64,000 nt of DNA, taken from contig NC_086098.1 of assembly GCF_963921235.1 (NCBI RefSeq), positions 434,001 to 498,000 on the forward strand, read 5' to 3'. The first letter of the stretch is position 1, and the number at the start of each line of letters is the position of its first letter. The DNA comes from Mobula hypostoma. Taxonomy: Eukaryota. A model generated the notes under the pieces. The model did not search any database. It saw only the letters and a program-made list of their open reading frames with translations, and had not been told where the DNA came from. Below, one piece after another: positions 23,470 through 37,400 of the stretch. The position numbers and the translations under genes were made by a program.

Positions 23470-26400
23470 TTGTTACCAGAGTGCCAGAACAGATAGCCAA
23501 GTGGTTGCAGAGGAAAATGTTGTACAGCCTATGTACAAAGTCATGAATCAAAAGGTTGAACATAGTGTTCTGAGCTGTATATTTTTCAATGCAGGAAAGG
23601 CAGATGAGCTCAGTTGTGAATCAGCTGTGGAATTATGACATTATAGCCACTAGTAATCATTGGGTAGGAAGGGCAGGCCTGTAGGCCCAGTATTCTGGGG
23701 GTTCTTTTGTTTTAGGTGCGATAGAACAGGAGGGATTAAAGGTGGAGAGCCAGTGTTACTAGTCAGGGAAAATGTCACAGCAGTGCTCAGTCAGGACAGT
23801 CTGAAGAACTCGGCTAGTGAGGCTTTATGGGTAGAACTGAGAAATAAGAAAGCTATGACCATGTTAATGGGTTTATATTATCGACCACCCAAAAGGCAGC
23901 AGGATTTAGAGGAGCAAATTTGCAGAGAGATCGCAGACTGTTGCAAGAAACATAAGGTTGTTATATTAGGTAATTTTAACTTTCTACACATTGATTGGAA
24001 CTCCCATATTGTAAAGAACTAAATGGAATAGAGTTTGTCAGATGTGTTCAGAAAAGTTTCCTTAATCACTGGATATAAGTCTCAAACAGAGGGAGTGCAA
24101 TACTTGATCTGTTATAAGGGAATGAGACAGGGCAGGTGACAAAAGTTTTGTTGGGGAACACTTTGCATCTAGTGATCACAATGCCATTAGTTTCAAGGTA
24201 ATTACGGAAAAGGATGTGTCTGCTCTTCAGGTTGAGATTCTAAATTGGAAAAAAGTTAATTTTGATGGTATTAGAAAGATTTGGCGTTTTGATTGGGGCA
24301 GGTTGTTTTTTGGCAAAGGTATACTTAGTAAGTGGGAGGCCTTCCAAAATGAATTTTTGAGAGCACAAGGTTTGTATACTCTGTCAGAATAAAAGGCAAG
24401 GATAACAGGTTTAGCAAATCATGGTTTTCAAGAGATATTGAGGCTATGGTTAAGAGAAGGAAGTAGTTCCATAGCAGGTATAGGCAGGTAGGAACAAACG
24501 AAGCAATTGAGGAGTATAAGAAATGGAAGAGAGCACTTAAGAAGGAAATCAGGAAGACTAAAAGAAGGTATGAGGTTGCTCCAGCAGACAAGGTGAAGGA
24601 GAATACTAAGGGCTTCTATGGATAGATTAAGAGCAGAAGGATAGCAAGGGTCAAAATTGGACCTCTGGAATCGATGGTAATCAATGTGTGGATCCAAAAA
24701 GATTGGGGGAGATTTTAAATGGATTTTTTTTGCATCTCTATTTACTTGGGAGATGGACACAGAATATACTGAAGTGAGGCAAAGTAGCAGCGAGATCATG
24801 GACCACATACAGATTACAGACGAGAAGGTGTTCACTACCCTGAGGCAAATTAGGGTGGATAACTCCCCAGGGCCTGACAAGGTGTTCTGTCAAACCCCGT
24901 GGGAGGCAAGTGCAGAAGTTGCAGTGACCTGAGCAGAGATATTTAAAGCAGCCATGAATAAGGTGCAGGAGGACTGGAGGACAGCCAATGTTGTTCCATT
25001 GTTTAAGAAAGGCTCTAAGAATAAGCCTGAAAGTTAGAGGCCTGTGAATCTGACATCAGTAGTGGGAAAACTATTGGAAGGTATTCTAAGGGACTGGATA
25101 TATAAGCACTTAGTGTGCATGTGCCGGTCGTGCATGCAGCCTGGTACAGCCATTCCGATCTATTCTTACTTTCTTCTTCTTACTTTTTAATTTACGTTAT
25201 TTTTGGTATTTTTTTTCTCACGGTAACATGCTGGTAGAGAGAGTTTTATTTGGGTTTTCTTTAGCGCTGGAAATGGTTACATCCCGACACGCGGGACAGA
25301 AGCAAGGTCGCATTGTGTATTTCACGGACCAGCAAAGACCGGCTGGCTTAGTGAACGGAGCGGTGGACACCCCTGCTGAAATCTGGAGGAAAACACACAG
25401 AGGGGGATCACAGAGCCGAGGAAAGAGACAACAGAGACTTTTGGAGAAGAGGAGTTTGGTGGGTAATACCGTTCCGGCTGACCGCCAGTGCAGTGAAAGC
25501 GGTAAGCATAAAGGAGTTGGGTGCTTATTGTTCTGGCTAACAATGGATGGTGCAATCCGGGGTATATTACGATTGAGGAACGTGTTTGCAGACTGGATAT
25601 TGAACTTTTTACTGTTGGACTTTGGCCACATTCCAACGTGATACAACACTTAGCAGCACGGGAGGTCGTTCCTGCCTGCGGCCATCGAACGTGCAGCTCC
25701 TCCCGTGGAGAGTCAGACACGCTGAGCCAATAGACTGGTCCTGGACTATTTTCCATCTGGCATAGTTTGCATTTTGGTGTTTGATGGTTGGGGTTTTTTG
25801 TATTGCTATATTTACGCTCTATTCTTGGTTGGTGCGGCTGTAACGAAACCAAATTTCCCTTGGGATTAATAAAGTATATCTATCTATCTATCTATCTATA
25901 TGGATAGACAGAGACTGATTAGGGATAGTCAACATGGCTTTGTACATGACACGTTGTGTCTAACCAATCTTATAGTTTTTCAAGGAAGTTACCCAGCATT
26001 CTAAAGGGGATGGCTGAGCAGCCAGAAACCTTGGTACATATTGACACCAATGACATAGGTAAGAAAAGGGAGGAGGTCCTGAAGTGAAAATTTAGGAAGT
26101 TGGGTAGAAAGCTGAAAAGTGGGACCTCTAGGATAGTGATCTCAGAATTGCTACCTGAGACATGCACCAGTGAGTGTAAGAATAGAATAACTTGGTAGAT
26201 GAAAGTATGGCTGAGGAACTGGTGCAGGGCACTGGGGTTCAGATTTCTGGATCATTGGGATCCCTCTGGGAAGGTATGACCTGTACAAAAGGGATGAGTT
26301 ACATCTAAACCTAAGGGGGACCAATGTCTTTATGGGGTGGTTTGTTTGCGACTGTGGAAGCCAGATTATTGGGTGTATTTATGATGTTGGTTGATAGGTT

Positions 26401-26540
26401 CTTGATCGTTCAGGTTGTGAAAAGTTACAGAAGGAAGGCAGGAGAATGGGTTTGAGAAGGAAATGGAACACCACGATGAAATGGTGAAGTAGACTTGATG
26501 GGCCGAATGGCCTAATTCTGCTCCTATGTCTTATGGTCTA
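23470..26540 (+). mobile_element. Old D-like CR1 ORF2 fragment followed by an ORF1 esterase fragment and a 3' end; hosts a Rex1/Babar derivative
   Basis: LWVELRNKK...YYRPP...GNFN at 23660-24022; HIDTNDIG esterase block near 26037; tail TCTTATGGTCT at about 26540. Confidence 0.8.
25111..25900 (+). mobile_element. Internally deleted Rex1/Babar-type LINE (5' region plus endonuclease remnant plus 3' end)
   Basis: ADR..ESGKHKG and NNGWCNPGYITIEERVC..DIELFTVGL (Rex1/Babar-like APE remnant); ends AATTTCCCTTGGGATTAATAAAGTA(TATC)n; splits CR1 TATAAGCA..TGGATAGACAG. Confidence 0.78.
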
Positions 26541-27889
26541 AAGGCTCAGTTTTATCCATTCTCTTTTCTGTAATATTATTATAAAAAAATTAAAAACCCA
26601 GTAAAAGAATCTTAAATTCTTTATACTTTACATTAGCTTCACACAGGTACTGTATACAGGCTGCTGACATCATCAGATCTGAACAAGTACAGTCAGCATC
26701 CAGCAAAGGAAATTGAAATCACTGCAATATGCTGAAGTATTCTGCAAATTAAATTATGAATATTATTCATTGCAATGGGAAAATCTTATTCTATGCTCGC
26801 ACTTCAAATTCACACCAGAGATATAAAATGTAAAAAAAGATATAATTTGATTTTTGACATGTACTGTTAACATTTCAGCAACATGCTTAATTAATATGCT
26901 GTTTTCACATGAAAAGTTCTTTATGATCTTTGCTTAAAGAGCTCATTTACAATTATCAAAATGAATGTAACTAACAACCACTTACAGCTGCAATCACTTT
27001 TGCTCAACTCAACTAGATTTCTGACAATGACATCAGACCAAAAGATCATAAGACACAGGATCAGAATTAGGTCATTTGGCCCATCAAGTCTGCTCTGCCA
27101 TTCCATCATGGTGGATTTATTATCCCTCTCAGCCCCAAATATTGCTCCTTTCCTTCTCCGTGGTGATCTCAGCAGTTTCAATGCACCTTTGACTGTGGAG
27201 GAAATGTGAATTCCTTCTTCTCCAGACCTCCTCCTCTTCCACCTATCACCTCTCTCTGGTGCTCCTCCACCTTCCCCTTCTCCCATGGCCACTCCCCTCT
27301 CCAATGAAAATAGTTTTAAAAATTATTATTATCAATTTCAATGTACTGCTGCTGCAAAACAACAAATTTCATGAGACCTCATAACTTTATATACCTTTAT
27401 CAATTCTCTCCTCATGCTCCTATGCTCTAGGGCTAGCACAATTGCAGCAAACACAGTAGCTAGCACATTTGCTTTACAGTGCCAGTGACCTCACTCCCCC
27501 ACCTCCCAGTGTCATTTAACAAGAACATAGACAAGATTCCTAGAGAATTGTTGAGAATTCCTAACACCCATCCCACAATCCCTTTAACCCACTACCATCA
27601 GGAGACAGGAGAATCAGGACTAGGACTGCCGGACTGGGAAAAAGTTTCTTCCCTCAAGCTGTGAGATTATTGAATACATTGCCACGACCAAAGTCTTGTC
27701 ACTCAAACAGCGAGCTGTTGATATAGACAGATCTTCATTGATCCCAAAGGAAATTATAGTGTCACAGTATCATTACAAGAGCACAGATAAACAAATATTA
27801 GAAGAGAAGTAAAAAAGAATAAAAAATATTATCTCGAACTGTCTAACGGGAGGGGTTCATCACTTCCCCAGCTATAGGTTGACTCATTA

Positions 27890-28069
27890 TTCCCCCTTTA
27901 TCCCACTCGCTGCCTCCTACCAATCAGCCAAAATGTCAGTAACTTTCCTGCAAATACCATGGGCTCCTAATTTGGTTAGAAGCCTCAGGTGTGGCACTGT
28001 GTCAAAGGCCTGCTGAAAGTCCAAATATACAACATCCACTGCATCCACTTTATCTATCCTGTTTGTAAT
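27890..28069 (-). mobile_element. CR1 RT fragment: left part of the CR1 split by the Gypsy element
   Basis: ITNRIDKVDAVDVVYLDFQQAFDTVPH joins ...CLMNLLKFFKKI at 46359 onward. Confidence 0.88.
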
Positions 28070-28985
28070 TGTAACACACTGTAAGGTTTCATTGTTATGT
28101 AATGGCTTCTCTGTAATGTTCCACTGCTGAGGTATTGGTTTCTCTGTAGCAGCAATGTTTGGGTATTGACTAGAGATAATGGGGCATGTTAGCCAATGAG
28201 TAGGATGTTGTTCTTTCTTGTGTGTCTGGGAGCCAGGAATTCGTGGGTCTTTTGCTGGGGAGAGATGAGGAGAGAAGACGTGAATGGAGAGAGTTGGTAG
28301 ATCTTGGATGGAGTGGACTTGGAGCAAGGGTCCGAAGGTTAGCGATGACCATAAGACATAGGAGCAAAATTAGGCCATTCGGCCCATCAAGTCTATTTCA
28401 CCATTTCATCGTGGTGTTCCATTTCCCTCTCAAACCCATTCTCCTGCCTTCCTACCGTAACTTTTCACAACCTGAACAATCAAGAACCTATCAATACAAG
28501 AACCTATAAATACACCCAAATTACTGGTCTTTCAACTGAAGCTACAAGCATTCTTCAAATCCTTCCTCATCTTTCATTCTTCAGACCTGACAAAGGGTTC
28601 CAGCCTGAAACGTTGACTCATCGTTTCTGACTGATGCTGCCCGACCTGCTGAGTTCATCCAGCGTACTAAAAGTGTTAATGATCGGAGGATGTCGATGGT
28701 GGACGAATGGCCTTATCAGTGAGCTCCAACCTTGCGCAATAGACTGTTTCATGAGAATGGGCCTTTTTTCTTTTTTTGTTTTCTTTAATTAACCATATAG
28801 TCAAATTAAGAATTATAAAGCTCAATCGTTTAATCGCATATTGTGTACTGTTTGTTATTTCATGATACTGATTTGTAACAGGGGACACATCGCGCAGCAT
28901 CCACCCAAATGAGATTTCTTAAAGTTTGGCCAGGCCAGGGGCTATCATCCCCTTCATTACGCCACTAGCCGAAGCGAGAGTTACA
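28070..28985 (+). repeat. Gypsy 5' LTR, containing a CR1 tail and a Penelope-terminus remnant at about 28349-28677
   Basis: Aligns with 38079-38400 plus 46104-46358; the inserted block is absent from the 3' LTR. Confidence 0.93.
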
Positions 28986-28987
28986 AT

Positions 28988-29007
28988 TGTGGGGCGTGTC
29001 CGGGATT
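28988..29007 (+). promoter_or_regulatory. Primer-binding site, tRNA-Pro type (degenerate)
   Basis: TGTGGGGCGTGTCCGGGATT immediately after the LTR, versus the tRNA-Pro complement TGGGGGCTCGTCCGGGAT. Confidence 0.75.
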
Positions 29008-29340
29008 GATTCTGTTGGATGCTGTGTGATTACCCTGAGTGGCGTAGATATTCGTACTCCGAATGAATTGTTAATTTGCCTGTTAAGTGCTGTTAATTTT
29101 GCGATTGTAGGCGGAGGTTTGGTGAAATGGCTGGCACAGCTCTCGTTTTAATGCAGACCAGCGCTGACGTAGTAGTAGCTGGGGGCGGAATTTTCAAAGA
29201 CAGGGTTTGATCGTTTCTGATGAGTTAGGGGAAGGAATGGTCGGATTAGGAATGTCTAATTAGTCCACATTCCCCAGTGAAGAGTGAGAGTTCTGAGTTA
29301 GTATCTGCCTTTACCTCTGGCAAATAAATGGAAAAAACAC

Positions 29341-29900
29341 GTTCAAAGTCCCAGCTCTGGTAAGCTCCACCTATTCTTTGGAAAAACGCCCATCCCTAAA
29401 GGAGAGGAGGAGTACAAGACTTGGGCAGACCAGTCCTCTCAGTTGTTAGATGAGTGGAAGTGCTTTGATGACGTAAAACGACAGAGATTGGTTGAAAGTT
29501 TGAATGGGCGGGCCACTGACGTTGTGAGAGCCGTCAGGTTGAAGTATCCCCTAGCAACCGTGAACAATTACCTGCGAGCACAGGAAAGCTCTTTTGGTAC
29601 GACAGGAAGCCCAATGGAGCTCACAGTGGGGTTTCAGAACATGTGTCAGGAGAAGGGGGAGAAGATTTCTGCTTTTATTTTTCGGCTAGAGAGGCAGCTA
29701 AATTGCTTGCGGCACAGAGGGGCCATTCTGGCGGCTGAGGTGGATCAGTTAAGAATGGACCAGGTAGACAGGGGTGCCTAGTCCCATGACCGGATTGTGT
29801 GGGGTCTCCGACAGTCTTGTAAGACGCGCCCCCTCCATCTTTTGAGCTGATCAGAGAGGCACGGGAAGTGGAGAACGCATTGGAGGGGCTGGAGGCCTCT
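29341..29900 (+). pseudogene. Gypsy gag capsid region, PNMA-like
   Basis: KLHLFFGKTPIPKGEEEYKTW...LDEW...KRQRLVESLNGRA..VV...FG...QEKGEKISAFIFRLE resembles the PNMA/MOAP1 capsid signature. Confidence 0.8.
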
Positions 29901-30259
29901 GTCAGCAGCATACAGTCCTCGGTAGTAGTCCCCTGTGGTGAAGTGACCACAGATAGCCTACCCCAGGGAGCGGTAGAGGAGATTGTGGCAGGGTTATGAA
30001 TGGAGATATGTCGGCTATTATCAGCGTGTGTGACACCCCTCCCCAATGATGGAGCTGATAGGGCGGGGGGAGTCCCCCAAGGGGACGGACAATATGGAGG
30101 GCTGCTGGCAGCAGGTGTCACGCGAGAAGGAGAGTGAGCCCCTAGGTACCTCAGCAGGGAGAGTCATTGGGAAAACCTAGAGGAGACCCAGTGAGGGAAC
30201 AGCCTCATGTCTCTGGGGGAACACATTCCCAGCAATGTACCAAGGAACCCCCAAAAGCG

Positions 30260-33200
30260 AAAGGCCCAATTCCTGAATGCTTAGAGGGACTATGCTCCAG
30301 TGTGTCACTATGGATAGAGGGTATTTAAGCTAAAGCCATACTCGACACCGGGTTGCAGGTCACGTTGTTGTACTGTTTGTTTTACAACCGGTATCTAAAG
30401 CATTTACCATTGACACCATTTGGGGCACTGGAGATCTGGAGGCTTAGTGCCTGTGATTATCCATATGACGGTTATTTGTCAGTGAAGTTGGAGTTCTCGG
30501 AGGCCGATGTGGGAGTGGCTGAGGTTCTTGATACATTAGTGCTGGTTTGTCCGGACCCTGTTGAGAATGGCGGCATTTCAGTTCTGGTGGGGACCAACAC
30601 CCCTCTTGTGAGGAGGCTCATGGGGGCCTGCAAGGAGAAGGCTGGCGAGAGCTTTCTGGGAACATTGTCCGTGCACATGGTGGTTCGAGCTGCTTTTGAG
30701 GAAGTGTGCGCCTGCATTAGGCTGGATACCAAATTTAGACACGGGACTGTGTGGTTCACCCAGTCAAAGCCAATGGCAGTTCAGTCCAGGGAAGCAGCGA
30801 GAGTGATGGGGCCACCCAAATTTCCAGGAGTGCCTGAGGGTGAAGCCCTCTTAGTAGACGCTCCTGAAGAGTACGAGGGGGAGTTGGGATTTCCTGCTGG
30901 GGTACTGATGAGGCCCAAATTGAAGAAGCCCTTGGTTGTACAGACAAGCAGGATGGCAGTGATTGTCAGGAACACTACAAAGAGGCAAACGGGGGATGCC
31001 CCTGGCGCATTTATTCCCGGTGATGGTAATGTTTAATATCCCTGTGAGACAAGCTGGGGAGAAACTGTTGGAAAGGGGGAAAGTTGACCGCTAAGTCATT
31101 CAACTTCGGGGACTCCCCGATTCCTGCAGGTTGGAAGAGGAGGCTGGTAGAGAAGATGTTGAAGCTGGAAGGTGTCTTTTCTACGGACGTGTTTGATGTG
31201 GGTTGTTCCAAGAGCACACATCACACTATCCGGGTGACTGAGGATACCCTGTTCAGAGAAGGGTCACAGCGACTGACCCCTGCAGAGGTGGAGGATGTTC
31301 GGAAGCATTTGTGTAAATTGAAGGAAGCTAGGATCATCACTGAGTCCGAAAGCCCCTATGTGATTCCAATAGTAGTGGCCCAAAAGAAGAATGGGAAGGT
31401 ACGAATGTGTGTGGACTACAGGACTCTGAACAGGCCCATGGTCTCTGACCAGTATACTGTCCCGAGGATTGAAGACACGTTGGCTTGCCGGAGTGGTGCG
31501 AAGTGGTTCAGTGTGCTGGACTTGATGAGTGGATATTACCGGATCCCTATGAGTGAGACCGACAAAGAGAAAATGGCATTTATATGTCCTGTGGGATTTT
31601 TCCAGTTTGAAAGGATTCCCAGGGCATCTCGGAAGCTCCTGCAAACTTCCAGTGAGTCATGGAGAAGACGGTGGGGGATATGAACTTGCTTGAGGTATTG
31701 GTATATCTGGATGACTTCACAGTATTTGGATCCACCTCGGAAGAACATGAATCGAGGCTGCTGAAGGTGCTGGGCTGCCTGCAATCTGATGGGTTAAATC
31801 TTTTCCTGGACAAGTGCCAATTCTGTCAAATGTCTGTTTAACTATGGTGGGCACATAGTCTCATGGCTGGAGTAGCCACAGATCCAGCTAAGATAGAGGT
31901 GGTTACCATCTGGCCAAGACCCCAGACTGTGAGTGCTCTGCACTTGTTCCTCGGGTTCTGTGGTTAATATCAGAGGTTCATGAGGGCTCCGCAAAAGTGA
32001 CCCACCGGTTGAATCAGCTTCTGTGCGGTTACCCTCCCTTGGGGTAGAAAGGGAGAGGGAAAAAAGGTCAGGACGGTGGAGAGTATCTTAGCCTGTTGGA
32101 GCCCTCTGGACCAAAGTGAGGTGCAAAATGTGAAGAGGCCTTTCAGTCGCTGAAGAAGCTGCTGACTCAGGCGCCGGTGCTGGCTTTTGCAGACCCCCGA
32201 TTACTGCACGTACTGCACACGGATGCCAGCCGAGAGGGTTTGGGGGTGTCCTGTATCAAGATCAGGGCACTGGATTGAGGCCCGTTGTGTTTATCAGCCA
32301 GAGTCTGTCGCCCTCCAAGAAAAACTATCCCACACACAAGTTGGAACTTCTGGCGTTGAAATGAGCAGTGGTGGATAAGCTGAATGACTATCTCTACGGG
32401 GTCAAGTTTGAGGTGAGGACGGACAACAACCCCCTAATTTATATCCTGACCTCAGCGAAACTGGATACCACAGGCCATCGGTGGTTGGCGGTGTTGTCTG
32501 CCAATGATTTCAGCCTGAGGTTCTGGCTGGAAAGCAGGAACATTGATGCTGGTGCTTTGGTCCGAGGGGTGCATAAGGGACTGGTCAGGGACGAGCAATG
32601 GGAGAGCATTCCTGCCCCTGGGGAGAAGGTCCTGTGTCAGTTTGCCATCACCATGAAGGCAGAGGGAAAGGAGGGGCAGGATCAAGCGGTGGATCAATTG
32701 GGAGCTTCTGATGATGCCATTCCCCAAGTTTACTGTAATCTGTCTGCTCTGAAGACAAATCAGCTGCCAGAATTGAGTTCTGGGGAAGTGGCAGCTGCTC
32801 AGCGAGATGATCCGGGCATTGGTACCATTTGGGCAGCGGTCGAAAAGGGAGGCATGGCTCAGGAGGACAAGACGAAACGTGCGTCGGTGCCTCCATTACT
32901 GAGAGAATGGCATAGGCTGGAGTTGAAGAACCAGATCTTATATCAGGTCTCGTCACCCCCAGACCAACCTCGGTGTTGTCAGCTGGTTCTGCCCGGAGTA
33001 TTGGAGGATTATGTTCAAGTCACTTCATGATGATTCTGGACAGTTGGGGGTGGAAAAAACCTATGGATTTCTCAGAAACCAATTTTACTGGCCCCATATG
33101 AAGTCAGAGGTCGAATGCAAGTTGTGCATTTGATACATACAGCGGAAGACAATGCCTATGTGGGCAGCTCCCTTGCCCCACTTGCAGAGTGTGGGGCCTC

Positions 33201-34020
33201 TGGACCTGATGTTTATACTTCCTGTCAATAGAACCCGATGCCAGTAACACGGTGAATGTCTTAGTCATCACGGATCACTGCACCAGATATGCTCAGGCTT
33301 TTCCTACCAAGGACCAGAGGGCGTCTATGGTGGCAAAAGTGTTATGGGAGAAGTATTTCATCTATAATAGCCTTCCCAGGCGGATACATAGTGATCAGGG
33401 ATGGGATTTCGAGAGCAGACTCATCCATGAGTTACTAGGCATGCTTGGACTTGAGAAGTTGAGGACCACACCCTATCACCCGCAGGACCTCGCTAGACAT
33501 GCTCGGGACCCTGGAGATCAGCAAGAAGAGCAAGTGGAGTCAATATATTGGGCATCTGGTTCACTGTTACAACTGTACATGAAATGAAGCTATTGGGTAC
33601 TTGCCATATTATCTGATGTTTGGGCGTGAGGCGAGGTTGCCCATTGACCTTTGTTTTGGGACTCTGGAGGGTGACTTACCACCAAAGACTGAAGTATGTG
33701 TCTGATATGAGAAGACAGCTGAAAAGGGCTTATGAATTAGCCGAGGTCGTGGCTGCCAAGCAGATTCAAGGAAATAAGAGGAGGTACGATCAAAAGGTGA
33801 GGCTCTCCCAACTCTTGCCAGGAGACAGAGTCCTCATAAGGAATTTGGGGTTACCTGGGAAACATAAATTGGCTGACCACTGGGCGGCTACGCTCTGTGT
33901 GGTGGAGAGTCAGATGCCAAACCTACCAGTTTCCTGGGAGAAACCAGAGGATGGGAATGGGTCTGTCAAGATTCTCCATCGGAACCACCTGTTGCCCCTG
34001 GGACAAGAGGTGCAGTTTAG
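30260..34020 (+). pseudogene. Gypsy pol (protease, RT, RNase H, integrase), many frameshifts and stops
   Basis: AILDTG (30334), RMCVDYRTLN, FSVLDLMSGY, VYLDDF, LHTDAS, FEVRTDNNPL, IHSDQG, RTTPYHPQ, GDRVLIRN, LHRNHL. Confidence 0.93.
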
Positions 34021-34479
34021 ACCCAGAGCCCGACTTGGAGCCTACGCCGAGTAAGAGAACACTGCAGAAATGTGGAGCGACTGCAGGGCCCCAACAGGCG
34101 AGGTTAGGCTGGCCCCCACTCCTGAGAGGGATACTGATTCCGAGGATAAGGACCTGGATGTGATGTATATGCTGCCTTTTGCTAACTCCCAATTGATTGA
34201 GCAAGAGACTCCTGGCCCTTCCGCTGATTCAGGAGCGGGGAGGGCTATCTGTGGGCAGCCTGGGTTGCAGCGGGACTCTGTAGGGGAGGAAGCAGGGCTT
34301 GGCCACGGGACAGAGGGGTCCGAGTTGCAGGTAGGCATGGGTGATAGGTCGGGGGGGGGGGCGTCCTCGACTGGTAGACCAGAAGTAACCCCAGTAGCAT
34401 CTGAACCTGAAGAGTTAGGTGATGGGGTGTGGAGGGCTCAGAGAATTCGGAGACCTCTGGATAGGCTGGCTTATAAAGC

Positions 34480-37400
34480 CTCTCCAATCCTCCGGCACCT
34501 CACCCATAGACACCGACATTTTAAATATATCTGCCAAGGCCCCTGCAGTTTCAACACTAGTCTCCTTCAAGGTTCGAGGGAATACCCTGTCAGGTCCCAG
34601 GGATTTGTCCACTTTAATTTGCCTCAAGATAGCAAGCACCTCCTCCTTTTCAATCTGTACAGTTTCCATGATCTCACTACTTGTTTCCTTTAATTCCATA
34701 GACTTCATGCCAGTTTCCTTAGTAAATACAGACGCAAAAAATCCATTTACGATCTCCCCCATTTCTTTTGGTTCCGCACATAGCCGACCACTCTGATCTT
34801 CAAGAGGACCAATTTTATCCCTTACGATCCTTTTACTCTTAATATACCTGTTAAAGCTCTTTGGATTATCCTTCACTTTGACTGCCAAGGCAACCTCATG
34901 TCTTCTTTTAGCCCTCCTGATTTCCTTCTTAAGTATTTTCTTGCACTTTTTATACTCCCTGTTTCCTATACATGTCATACAACTGTCTCTTCTTCTTTAT
35001 CAGAGTTGCAATATCCCTTGGTAACCAAGGTTCCTTATTCCTATTCACTTTCGCTTTAATCCTGACAGGAACATACAAGCTCTGCACTCTGAAAATTTCT
35101 CCTTTGAAGGCTTCCCACTTACCGATCACATCCTTGCCAGAGAACAACCTGTCCCAATCCACGCTTTTTAAATCCTTTCTCATTTCTTCAAATTTGGCCT
35201 TCCAGTTCAGAACCTCAACCCTAGGACCATATCTATCCTTGTCCATGATCAAGTTGAAACTAATGGTGTTATGATCACTGGAACCAAAGTGCTCCCCTAC
35301 ACAGACTTCCGTCACTTGTCCGAACTCGTTTCCTAACAGGAGATCCAATATTGCATCCCCTCTAGTTGGTACCTCTATGTATTGATTCAGAAAACTTTCC
35401 TAAACACATTTTACAAGCTCTAAACCATTTAGACCCCTAACAGTATGGGAGTCCCAATCAATATATGAAAAATTAAAATCCCCTCCCACCACAACTTTAT
35501 GTTTCCTGCGGTTGCCTGCTATCTCTCTGCAGATTTGCTCCTCCAATTCTCGCTGACTATTGGGTGGTCTGTAATACAACCCCACTAATGTGGCCATACC
35601 TTTCCTGTTTCTCAGCTCCACCCATAAGGACTCAGTAGACAAGCCCGCTAATCTGTCCTGCCTGAGCACTGCTGTAACATTTTCCCTGACAAGCAATGCT
35701 ACCTGCCCCCCCACCACCTTTCATTCTTCTGCTTCTATCACATCTGAACCATCGCAACCCTGGAATATTAAGCTGCCAGTCCTGCCCCTCCTGTAGCCAA
35801 GTTTCACTAATTGCTGTAACGTCATAATTCCAAGTGTCAATCCACGCCCTCAACTCATCCGCCTTCCCCGCAATACTCCTAGCATTGAAATCTATACACC
35901 TTCGAAGATTTTTACCACCACTCACAACCTTTCTATTAGCGGATTTGCTTGAACTTTTAACATCATTTATTTTCACCCCAGCCCCACTGTCAGCTCTGGC
36001 ACTCTGGTTCCCATCCCCCTGCAAATCTAGTTTAAAGCCTCCCCAATAGCACTAACAAACCTCCCTGAAAGGATATTGGTCCCCTTGTAGTTCAAGTGTA
36101 ACCCGTCTCTCTTGTACAGGTCCCACCTGCCCCAGAAAAGGTCTCAATGATCCTGAAATCTGAAACCCTGCCCCCTACACCAGTTCCTCAGCCACTTGTT
36201 CATCCCCCAGAGCATCCTATTCTTACCCTCACTGGCACGTAGCACAGGTAGCAATCCTGAGATTAACACCCTCGAGGTCCTGCTTTTCAACTTCCGACCA
36301 AGCTCTCTATACTCACTCTCCAGGACCTCCTCACTCTTCCTTGCTATGTCATTGGTACCGATGTGCACCACGACATCTGGCTGATCACCCTCCCACTTCA
36401 GAATGTCATGCAAGTGATCAGGGACATCCTTGACCCTGGCACATGGGAGGCAACAAACCATCCTGGATTCTCTGTCATGACCACAGAACCTCCTATCTGT
36501 AGCTCTAACTATCGAGCCCCCTATCACTAGCTCATGTTGTTCCGTTGTTTAAAAAAGGTACGAAAAGTAATCCGGGAAATTATAGGCTGGTAAGTTTGAC
36601 GTCGGTAGCGGGTAAGTTATTGGAGGGAGTACAAAGGGACAGAATATACAAGCATTTGGATAGACAGAGACTTATTAGGGAGAGTCAACATGGCTTTGTG
36701 CATGGTAGGTCATGTTTGACCAATCTATTGGAGTTTTTTGAAGAGGTTACCAGGAAGGTGGATGAAGGGAAGGCAGTGGATGTTGTCTACATGGACTTCA
36801 GTAAGGGAGGTTAGTTAGGAAAATTCAGTTACTAGGTGTACAGGGAAAGGTGGTAAATTGGATTAGACATTGGCTCAATGGAAGAAGCCAAAGAGTGGTA
36901 GTAGAGAATTGCTTCTCAGAGTGGAGGCCTGTGACTAGTGGTGTGCCACACGGATCAGTGCTGGGTCCATTGTTATTTGTCATCTATATCAATGATCTGG
37001 ATGATAATGTGGTAAATTAGATCAGCAAATTTGCTGATGATACAAAGATTGGAGGTGTAGTGGATAGTGAGGAAGGTTTTCAGAGCCTGCAGAGGGACTT
37101 GGATCAGCTGGAAAAATGGGCTGAAAAATGGCAGATGGAGTTTAATACAGACAGGTGTGAGGTATTGCATTTTGGAAGGACAAACCAAGGTAGAACATAC
37201 AGGGTAAATGGTAAGGCACTGAGGAGTGCAGTAGAACAGAGGGATCTGGGAATACAGATACAAAAAAGTGGCGTCACAGGTAGATAGGGTTGTAAAGAGA
37301 GCTTTTGGTACATTGGCCTTTATTAATCAAAGTATTGAGTATAAGAGCTGGAATGTTATGATGAGGTTGTATAAGGCATTGGTGAGGCCGAATCTGGAGT

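Noticed and set aside
26632..26741. In-frame TGA read as selenocysteine
   Set aside because: No recognisable selenoprotein motif or SECIS; a plain stop or non-coding sequence is more likely.
27430..27890. Possible SINE head and Rex/RTE-type remnants (similar debris at 53660-54440)
   Set aside because: Too degraded to assign family or boundaries by eye.
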